A stretch of DNA of 42,132 nucleotides, from assembly GCA_043820105.1 (NCBI GenBank), contig JBDREC010000088.1, positions 62,001 through 104,132 on the forward strand, written 5' to 3'. The position numbers and the translations under genes were made by a program. Positions 1 to 9,516 of this stretch are shown piece by piece. Under the pieces are notes generated by a model, which was not told the DNA's origin, did not search any database, and saw only the letters and a list, made by a program, of their open reading frames with translations. The stretch's first letter is position 1. Each line of letters starts with the position of its first letter. This DNA is from Pseudomonadota bacterium. Lineage in GTDB: Bacteria; Bdellovibrionota_F; JAHFAK01; JBDREC01.

Positions 1-294
1 GTTTATAAAATTACTAAAAGCTTTCCTAAGCACGAACAGTACTGTTTAAATCAGCAAATAAGAAGATGTGCAATTTCAATCCCATCTAACATTGCAGAAG
101 GTTTCGCGAGAAAACACAACAAAGAATTTAAACAGTTTTTATATATTTCTTTAGGTTCATTGGCTGAACTCGAAACGCAATTAGAAATAGCAAACAAACT
201 AGCATATATGAATAATAAAATTTATGATAACATAATCACAGAAGTTACACATGAATATAAAATGATTTTAAATTTAATAAAAAAACTAAAATAA
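1..294 (+). CDS. Four helix bundle protein (23S rRNA intervening-sequence protein / Avd-like family), 5' end cut off by the window edge
   Basis: Not in the ORF track. Manual frame +1 translation gives VYKITKSFPKHEQYCLNQQIRRCAISIPSNIAEGFARKHNKEFKQFLYISLGSLAELETQLEIA...KKLK*, with the family motifs FP.E.Y.L..Q.RR...SIPSNIAEG and GS..EL.TQL. Stop TAA at 292-294. Confidence 0.93.
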   Translation, partial: VYKITKSFPKHEQYCLNQQIRRCAISIPSNIAEGFARKHNKEFKQFLYISLGSLAELETQLEIANKLAYMNNKIYDNIITEVTHEYKMILNLIKKLK

Positions 295-316
295 AATAGA
301 AAGATTTTCAATAATA

Positions 317-1735
317 ATGAAAAATATCTTCAAAAAATGGACCCCTCTTAAACCAAATACTAAATACCGAATACTGAATACTAACCACGGCCAGGCCCTA
401 ATAATGTTCGCCCTCTCAGTCATGCTATTCATGGTCCTACTCAGCTTTGTTGCAAATATGTCTCGCTTAACAAACTATAAAATCCGCCTGCAAACAGCTG
501 TAGATATGGCGGCCTATAATGCAGCGGCCATCATGGCTTATTATATGTCGAATGATTCGCCTGATGAGGATTCTGTGGCTGAGATAAACAGGGAAATAAT
601 GATAGATTTCGTGAAATTTCGGGAGGGAGTAACTTTGGCGAATTGTTCTAAGATACCGACTGAACATGGTCCTAGAGAAAACTGTTATCCTGGTATGATG
701 TTAGAAATGTCAGAATGTGATGCTGCCCCTGGAATTGGTCCCCCTTGTACACATCCTGGGGTTGGATCACGGGCAAGTGAATCAATAGATGCATATTATG
801 ATGATTATTTGGCAAGAACCGAAAAAAGACATGAAAAAATCTATTATTTAATGTTAAATGCTTATAAAAACGCAATAACTTCTGCTAAAAAAACTATTGA
901 AGCAAATTTACCTAATGTTGATGTAGAAAATGAACTTATAACAATTGCAAATCCATTAAAATTTATCCAGGAATCTGAAAATATTATCCCTTCATTTTAT
1001 TGCCCTGAAATACAAGCGGGATGGCAAACTGAATATAATTGTTTTTGCACATTATCCTCAAGTCCTGACCCAACATTTATGGCAATGCCTTATGATGAAA
1101 AAATAGGCTCTGTAAACCGCCGACTTATTTTTGACAGAACTAATTCTTCTGGTTATTTTTTAGTAGGCGTTGTTCAAAGTGCCCATGATCCGGTCTTTGA
1201 CCCAAGCACAAAAGAAAAGCCAGCCCCATTTGATTATATGAACTTTTCATCTGCCTTTGGAAGACATGATTTCCCGGCTATGCAGGCCTGGGCAGCTGCT
1301 GCGCCTTATAGAGATTGGAATGAAGTAACAAATTCAAGCGATACACCCATTAGAGACCCCTATTTAAAAGAATACATTCAAAGAACAGTTGATGTAATTC
1401 GTAATTGGCATCATGATCACAAGAGATATCATGAATATTGGAGTAGTCTTAATAATCTACATGGTGACTATTATGCTGAAGGCCCCCCTGATGAAACGGA
1501 TTACGCCCCTGACGCCCTCTTTTACCCAAATCCAAAATACAGAGTTCGCTTCATCCCTCTTGCTGGTGGAGAAGGACCATATGGATTAGGATTATATGGA
1601 AAAGATTCAAGTGCAAATCCATTTGAACTTTTTGGATTATCTGAGATATTATTTGGCAATGATGCATATGTAAATCATTTGGCTTCGTCAGGAGTGAATG
1701 CGCAGAATGCTTATAAGGCGTTGTTTAGGCATTGA
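317..1735 (+). CDS. Tad/Flp pilus TadG-like minor pilin with a Cys-rich C-terminal region
   Basis: Basic leader, then GQALIMFALSVMLF hydrophobic helix and RLQTAVDMAAYNAA, typical of the Tad N-terminal domain. Confidence 0.75.
   Translation: MKNIFKKWTPLKPNTKYRILNTNHGQALIMFALSVMLFMVLLSFVANMSRLTNYKIRLQTAVDMAAYNAAAIMAYYMSNDSPDEDSVAEINREIMIDFVKFREGVTLANCSKIPTEHGPRENCYPGMMLEMSECDAAPGIGPPCTHPGVGSRASESIDAYYDDYLARTEKRHEKIYYLMLNAYKNAITSAKKTIEANLPNVDVENELITIANPLKFIQESENIIPSFYCPEIQAGWQTEYNCFCTLSSSPDPTFMAMPYDEKIGSVNRRLIFDRTNSSGYFLVGVVQSAHDPVFDPSTKEKPAPFDYMNFSSAFGRHDFPAMQAWAAAAPYRDWNEVTNSSDTPIRDPYLKEYIQRTVDVIRNWHHDHKRYHEYWSSLNNLHGDYYAEGPPDETDYAPDALFYPNPKYRVRFIPLAGGEGPYGLGLYGKDSSANPFELFGLSEILFGNDAYVNHLASSGVNAQNAYKALFRH
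355..382 (+). repeat. 4 x 7-mer RAATACY inside the prepilin leader of the TadG-like gene
   Basis: AAATACT AAATACC GAATACT GAATACT. Confidence 0.7.
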
Positions 1736-1738
1736 GAA

Positions 1739-1792
1739 TAAGTGGTAAGTCGTAAGTGGTAAGTGGTAAGTGGTAAGTGGTAAGTCGTAAGT
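1739..1792 (+). repeat. 7 full units plus one partial unit of TAAGT(G/C)G directly after a stop codon; left arm of an inverted pair
   Basis: Read directly; begins 4 nt after the TGA ending at 1735. Confidence 0.97.
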
Positions 1793-1885
1793 ATTTGTTG
1801 ATGAAGTTAAGGTTTTTTGATTTGAATTAAAGATTGAGCTAAGGAGCTTATAAATCAAATTCAGGACGCTAACAAAGAGGAATAA

Positions 1886-2629
1886 ATGAATAAAACCAAA
1901 AACATCCAAAAACTAGCAAAGCCCTTACGACTTACGACTTACCACTTACGACTTACCACTTACCACTTACCACTTACCACTTACCACTTACCACTTAAAC
2001 GCCGTGCCCAAACCATCATCGAATTCGCCTTTGTCGTTTTCTTTATTGCTCTGTTTATCCTTGCTGCTCTTTATTTCTCAAGAGTCCTGAAATTCGCTAC
2101 ATCTAAAAACCTTAGAATTAGAACTGACATTATGAAAGAATATACAACCTGTGAATCCAGATTTTATGATTATTATCTTTTGCAGTCCATGGAAGGAATA
2201 GATAATCCACCCAGTGAAAACCTGGGCTTTAGAACAAATACTCATATTGAAAATCAAGAGCCTTTAAGATGGTTCACAACAGATGGTTCTGGATCAAGAG
2301 ATATTGCTTATATTTACGCGGGAAAAAGCCTTGAGGAGGGAGGATATGCTCCAAACATATTTGCAGATCCAGAAGCAAAGTTTTTTGTTGGCTATGGCTC
2401 ATTTTTGTTAATGTTAAATGAAGATGAACTCCCTGATGCTTCTTTGCCAATGAATGATTACGAATCTTTTCAGGAAGAATATGCAGGTGGAACCTCAGAT
2501 TCATGGACAACTGCTTCGCGAATAGAAAAGTTGAAAGATAATCTTGATTATGAACAAAGGCGGCAATCTGATTACAATAGGGTTTTAGCGGATCCTAATC
2601 GGAATGTTTGGATAAATAATCAGAAATAA
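1886..2629 (+). CDS. TadE-like minor pilin with a repeat-expanded leader peptide
   Basis: GAGGA RBS at 1877-1881; KRRAQTIIEFAFVVFFIALF matches the (G/A)Qxx(I/V)EF prepilin motif plus a hydrophobic helix. Confidence 0.75.
   Translation: MNKTKNIQKLAKPLRLTTYHLRLTTYHLPLTTYHLPLKRRAQTIIEFAFVVFFIALFILAALYFSRVLKFATSKNLRIRTDIMKEYTTCESRFYDYYLLQSMEGIDNPPSENLGFRTNTHIENQEPLRWFTTDGSGSRDIAYIYAGKSLEEGGYAPNIFADPEAKFFVGYGSFLLMLNEDELPDASLPMNDYESFQEEYAGGTSDSWTTASRIEKLKDNLDYEQRRQSDYNRVLADPNRNVWINNQK
1924..1997 (+). repeat. 10 units of CTTAC(C/G)A plus CTTA, in frame in the TadE-like leader; reverse complement of the 1739-1792 array
   Basis: Read directly; translates as LRLTTYHLRLTTYHLPLTTYHLPL. Confidence 0.97.
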
Positions 2630-2639
2630 GTGCTAAGTT

Positions 2640-2724
2640 TGTAGTGGAGGGGCTTGTCCCCTCCTTAATACGGGCAGGGCTTGTCCCTCGCGTAAAAAGG
2701 GAGGGGATAAACCCCTCCCCTACA
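2640..2724. repeat. GTAG-type REP doublet (REPIN-like)
   Basis: TGTAG-tGGAGGGGcttgtCCCCTCC ... GGGAGGGGataaaCCCCTCCC-CTACA: two inverted GC-rich hairpins with GTAG/CTAC feet and a degenerate third copy between them. Confidence 0.8.
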
Positions 2725-2742
2725 AGGATGAAGGAAAGATGA

Positions 2743-3819
2743 ATGTTAAATAAACTTAAAAACCGATTACTCAGTCTTTTGAAAATAGAATCCGTTACCG
2801 GAAAGGAAAAAGAAATCGCTGATTATATTGAATCCCTTTTGGCGAAACAGGCTTCCTATAAAAACATCAGACGTTATGAAAATACTATTATTTGTCATGC
2901 GGATTTAGATAAGGAAAAAAAGAATATTTTATTAGCAGGGCATATGGATACTGTTCCAGGTCATATTGAAATTAGAGAAGATAATGCTCGTGTTTTTGGA
3001 CGAGGCTCTGTTGATATGAAGGCAGGGCTTGCTGTTATGCTCTGTTTGCTGGAAAACCTTTTACCTGCTGACTTAAATTATAATCCTATTTTTTGTTTTT
3101 ATTCCGGGGAGGAAGGAGACTTCACGAGCAACGGTTTAAAAAAGATTATTGAGCATGACCAAAAAGAAAGTGATGAACTAAACGATTTTTGGAATAAAAT
3201 TGCACTGGCTTTTTTACTCGAACCAACAGGAAGCGAAATCCAGCTTGGTTGTCAGGGCTCATTGCATGCCAATATAAAAATCTCTGGAAAAGCCGGCCAT
3301 TCAGCAAGGCCTTTCTTGGCAAATAATGCGATATACAAGGCATATGATTTTATAAATAAAATTAAAGACACTAAAAGCATAGTACATAAAATAAATAATC
3401 TGGAATTTACAGAAGTTTTAGTAATAACTCAGATCAATACCTACACTGCAAATAATGTGATTCCTGGGGAATGTTATGTAAATATTAATCACAGATTTCC
3501 TCCGGGAACAACCAAAGAAATGTCTATTGAAGTAATTAAAAAGCTTATTCCTGATGATGCAAGCCTGGAAATAAAAGACTTTGTACCTTCTGGAAAAATT
3601 GCTGATACTTCTATTCTAGCTGATTTCACTTTAAACTCAGGTGCACAAATCGGAGCCAAGCAAGCATATACTGATGTAGGACTTTTATCCCTGCATGGGA
3701 TTGAGGCGATCAATTTTGGGCCAGGTAATCCGGACATGTGCCATACGGAAAACGAGAGTATTGATGCTGGGGATTTGTTGGGGTGTTATATGGTACTAAA
3801 AAACTTTTTAAAATCTTAA
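2743..3819 (+). CDS. dapE: M20 metallopeptidase, probable succinyl-diaminopimelate desuccinylase
   Basis: LAGHMDTVP, GRGSVDMKAG, GEE, GCQG...GHSARP and NFGPG...CH motifs. Confidence 0.75.
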   Translation: MLNKLKNRLLSLLKIESVTGKEKEIADYIESLLAKQASYKNIRRYENTIICHADLDKEKKNILLAGHMDTVPGHIEIREDNARVFGRGSVDMKAGLAVMLCLLENLLPADLNYNPIFCFYSGEEGDFTSNGLKKIIEHDQKESDELNDFWNKIALAFLLEPTGSEIQLGCQGSLHANIKISGKAGHSARPFLANNAIYKAYDFINKIKDTKSIVHKINNLEFTEVLVITQINTYTANNVIPGECYVNINHRFPPGTTKEMSIEVIKKLIPDDASLEIKDFVPSGKIADTSILADFTLNSGAQIGAKQAYTDVGLLSLHGIEAINFGPGNPDMCHTENESIDAGDLLGCYMVLKNFLKS

Positions 3820-3842
3820 TGTATAAAAATTAATTAATTAAT

Positions 3843-3931
3843 AATTATTAATTGTTAACTATTAATTATTTGATAACAGGTGGACGTTTTAAGAAAAATA
3901 ATTAATAAGTAATAATTAACAATTAATAATT
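3843..3931. repeat. Inverted pair of 7-mer arrays: 4 x AATTATT-like (3843-3870) and 5 x AATAATT-like (3897-3931)
   Basis: Read directly between the dapE stop and the coaE start; the variant AATTGTT is mirrored by AACAATT. Confidence 0.85.
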
Positions 3932-3958
3932 AATGAAAAGACAACAACAAGAAGATAA

Positions 3959-4553
3959 ATGAAAAAATTAGTGATTCTATTAGGCCTCACAGGCTCCTTT
4001 GCTACAGGCAAAAGTCTTATTTCAAGTTTTTTTAAAAAGCATAATATCGCCTTAATTGATGCTGACCAAATCGCTAAAGATATTACAAAAAAAGGTAGTG
4101 CTTGCTATAAAGCCATAAGCGAAACTTTTGGAAAAAAGATATTTTTTGATGATGGGCAAATTAACAGAAAAAAACTTCGCAGGCTTGTTTTTAATGATCA
4201 AGCACAAAGAAAAAAACTAGAGGCCATTTTACATCCTGCAATAAGATCTGAAATAATTACTAAAATTGAAATTTATAAAGATAAAAAAGAAAAGCTAATT
4301 GTAATTGACGCTCCACTGCTCTTTGAAAATGGACTTAATAAATTAATGGATAAAACTATTGTTGTTTTTGTTGATGAAAAAACTCAGCTTATTAGAACCA
4401 AAAAACGAGATAAATATAATGCACGAGAATTAAAAAAAATCATAGACTCACAAATGCCAATTTCCGATAAAATTAAACTTGCAGATTATCTTATTGATAA
4501 TTCGGGAAGTATAGATAATACTTATAAAAAATTCATGAAGGTCTTAGAAGATA

Positions 4554-4570
<17 letters not shown>
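3959..4570 (+). CDS. coaE: Dephospho-CoA kinase
   Basis: GLTGSFATGKS P-loop, IDAD, LEAILHP, DAPLLFE, SQMP. Confidence 0.95.
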
Positions 4571-7233
<2,663 letters not shown>

Positions 7234-7238
7234 TTAAA

Positions 7239-7271
7239 TAAGTGGTAAGTGGTAAGCGGTAAGTGATAAGT
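7239..7271 (-). repeat. About 5 units of CCACTTA (sense strand of pyrG) immediately upstream of the pyrG RBS
   Basis: Plus strand TAAGTGG TAAGTGG TAAGCGG TAAGTGA TAAGT. Confidence 0.92.
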
Positions 7272-7373
7272 AAAAATATAGATTAACACTTATAGCATGA
7301 CGCCTAACACTATATGGGGATTTTTTATCACGGGAGTATTAGTTAAATGCTATAAGGATTTTTGTCAAATGAA

Positions 7374-8423
7374 TTAATGTTTCACTCTCCACTTTGCACC
7401 TCGTCCCAATCCTTTTAATTCTAATAATCCTTCTTCTTTCATTATTATTAGTACTTTTTTTATCATAGCAGCACTAACACTTGGGACCTTGTTTGATATT
7501 CTTGCTAGGCTAAATTCACCAGGTTCATTGAGAATTGCTTGCCTTATAAGTTCTGACTTGTTTTTATGGATATGTGTAATTTTTTCCAAACTATCGTTAA
7601 ATTCACGATAAGCTTCTTTAAGAGTTTCTAAAAAATATTTATGCCAAACCCAAATATCATGTTTTGCATCGTGCCAGTTTTTTGAAGATTCCTTTAATGT
7701 TGCATAATAATTAATCTTAGTTTCTTCAATTATCCTTTCTATACTAATATACTTACCGACTCTATATCCATTTTGGTAAAGAAGGAGTAGTTTCATTAAT
7801 CTCGATACTCTTCCATTTCCATCTCGAAATGGATGTATGCACAAAAAGTCAAAAACAAAAGAGGAAATTACCAATAACTCGGGTAATACTTTTTTATCCA
7901 TTAAATCCTGATAAGCTAAACACAACTGTTCAATATATTTCGAAGTTAGAGAGGCTGCAATTGGAGTAAATCTCACATATCTTTCTCCATTTTCAAATAT
8001 TTCAATAATTTCATTATCTTTTTCTTTAAATTTGCCAGCGTCAGAACAAAGTTCTCCCTGCTGGCAAATTTCATGTAATTTTAAAATGCAGCTGGAATTT
8101 ATTTTAATCTGATCAAATGATTCATGTATCCATTTAAGTGCTTTTTTATACCCTAATATTTCCTCCTCTGGCCGATTATTTGGTTTAACATCACCACTTA
8201 AAAGTGGCTTAAGTCGGCTAGAATCGGTTAATATTCCCTCAATTCTATTTGATGATTCTGTACTTTGAATAATGGCGAGTTCTGTTAAAGTTTTAAGCAT
8301 TTCAGGTTTCAAATTAAACCAATACTTTTCTTTTCCTCTTGATTCCATACATGTTCCAATTAACCATGATATATGAGGTGGAATTTGAATTTTTGATAAA
8401 AATTGAGGTTTAAAAGAATGCAT
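7374..8423 (-). CDS. Fic family protein with a C-terminal winged-helix-like domain
   Basis: HPFRDGNGRVSR Fic motif; N-terminal SSNRIEG inhibitory-type motif; C-terminal GRGAKW wing. Confidence 0.93.
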   Translation of the reverse strand: MHSFKPQFLSKIQIPPHISWLIGTCMESRGKEKYWFNLKPEMLKTLTELAIIQSTESSNRIEGILTDSSRLKPLLSGDVKPNNRPEEEILGYKKALKWIHESFDQIKINSSCILKLHEICQQGELCSDAGKFKEKDNEIIEIFENGERYVRFTPIAASLTSKYIEQLCLAYQDLMDKKVLPELLVISSFVFDFLCIHPFRDGNGRVSRLMKLLLLYQNGYRVGKYISIERIIEETKINYYATLKESSKNWHDAKHDIWVWHKYFLETLKEAYREFNDSLEKITHIHKNKSELIRQAILNEPGEFSLARISNKVPSVSAAMIKKVLIIMKEEGLLELKGLGRGAKWRVKH

Positions 8424-8433
8424 AATCTACTCA

Positions 8434-8466
8434 AATAGGATAATAATAAAATAATATTATCCTATT
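8434..8466. promoter_or_regulatory. 12-bp perfect inverted repeat upstream of fic (candidate operator)
   Basis: AATAGGATAATA-N9-TATTATCCTATT, followed by further ATTATCC-like copies up to about 8493. Confidence 0.5.
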
Positions 8467-8576
8467 ATTATCCAATTATCAATACAATTATCCAATTTAC
8501 AAATAAATGATTTGAAGTTAAAGTCTATAGAAGAAACCGATATTTAAATCTTTTCGGATATTGTGTTTTATCCTTT

Positions 8577-9326
8577 TCACAAATGGAATAATAAGTTTAT
8601 CGCGATTCCATGCCCTTCATCAAGAATATTTTGATAGCCAAGCTCAAGAATAAGAAAATTCCAGATTATACCACCAAGGCCTGCTTCAAATCCAAAATTA
8701 TTCTCATCTTGTAAGGTGGCTTGAACAGCCGAATCAAGTGAAGCGTAAGTTGGAATATTTCTTCTAATTCCATACCAGCCTCCTGATGCTGTTAAATAAA
8801 GTCTTCCTGGAACAAAATAAACCTTTGGATTTAGGGACCAGTTTAAGATATTTGCATCCCAACCAGTAGTATCTACACTGTAACCTGATGAATTTGGATC
8901 AAGGTCCATATCTGCAAAAGTGATGCCTAAGCTAAAATATTTGGCTATAAAAAAATCAAGCCCCATTTTAAAACCAAAACCATTGTTCCATTTATCATAC
9001 ATATTTCCAATTGGCATTAACCAATTCATTCCAATATTTAAAGCAAGATCTCCTGTTTCCTTATCTTCAATTTTTATAATGTTAATTTCCTCACACTGAC
9101 TTTCACCGTCTTTCTTTCTAAACTTTTTGATCTTTTTAATTTTGCCCTTATCCTTCTTAATTTCAATAGTCACAACTTCATCACTATCAACTGTATTATC
9201 TTGTTCTTCTATTCCCTTGTTCTCTTGTTCCCCTGTTCCCTTGTTCTCCTGTTCTCCATCTTGCGCAAAAATAGAAACAGCAAATAAGATTATAAAAACT
9301 AGAATGAATAAACCTTTAAACTTCAT
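8577..9326 (-). CDS. Outer-membrane beta-barrel protein
   Basis: Start moved to ATG 9326 (GGAGG RBS); signal peptide MKFKGLFILVFIILFAVSIFA; amphipathic beta strands with aromatic residues. Confidence 0.65.
   Translation of the reverse strand: MKFKGLFILVFIILFAVSIFAQDGEQENKGTGEQENKGIEEQDNTVDSDEVVTIEIKKDKGKIKKIKKFRKKDGESQCEEINIIKIEDKETGDLALNIGMNWLMPIGNMYDKWNNGFGFKMGLDFFIAKYFSLGITFADMDLDPNSSGYSVDTTGWDANILNWSLNPKVYFVPGRLYLTASGGWYGIRRNIPTYASLDSAVQATLQDENNFGFEAGLGGIIWNFLILELGYQNILDEGHGIAINLLFHL
9212..9259 (-). repeat. 6 x 8-mer CAAGGGAA-like array, in frame just after the signal peptide
   Basis: Plus strand TTCCCTTG TTCTCTTG TTCCCCTG TTCCCTTG TTCTCCTG TTCTCCAT; encodes GEQENKGTGEQENKG. Confidence 0.85.
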
Positions 9327-9349
9327 ATTGGCCTCCTGTTCTCCCAATT

Positions 9350-9377
9350 AATTATTAATTATTAGTTATTAATTATT
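9350..9377 (-). repeat. 4 x AATAATT (sense strand) upstream of a start codon
   Basis: Plus strand AATTATT AATTATT AGTTATT AATTATT. Confidence 0.8.
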
Positions 9378-9419
9378 TTAAAAAAGCACCCAAAACTAAA
9401 ATAAACTATTAATGTATTT

Positions 9420-9435
9420 AGCAACATACATGCCA
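9420..9435 (-). promoter_or_regulatory. Sigma54-type -24/-12 promoter
   Basis: Minus strand TGGCATGTATGTTGCT (GG-N10-GC), about 95 nt upstream of the beta-barrel gene. Confidence 0.65.
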
Positions 9436-9516
9436 AAACCATTCCCAAATAATATTAATAGCTTAGTCTCACTATTTTTTTTCATTTTTGGAATAAATTT
9501 CTCAAATTGAGAAAAC

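Noticed and set aside
1688-1909. 73-aa minus-strand ORF containing LPLTTYH repeats
   Set aside because: Product of reading through the heptamer array; antisense to the pilin genes.
1739-1997. CRISPR array interpretation of the repeats
   Set aside because: Units are contiguous 7-mers with no unique spacers, and there are no cas genes.
1-2629. Diversity-generating retroelement targeting the pilins
   Set aside because: No reverse transcriptase or TR/VR pair was seen in the window; the four-helix protein looks IVP-type.
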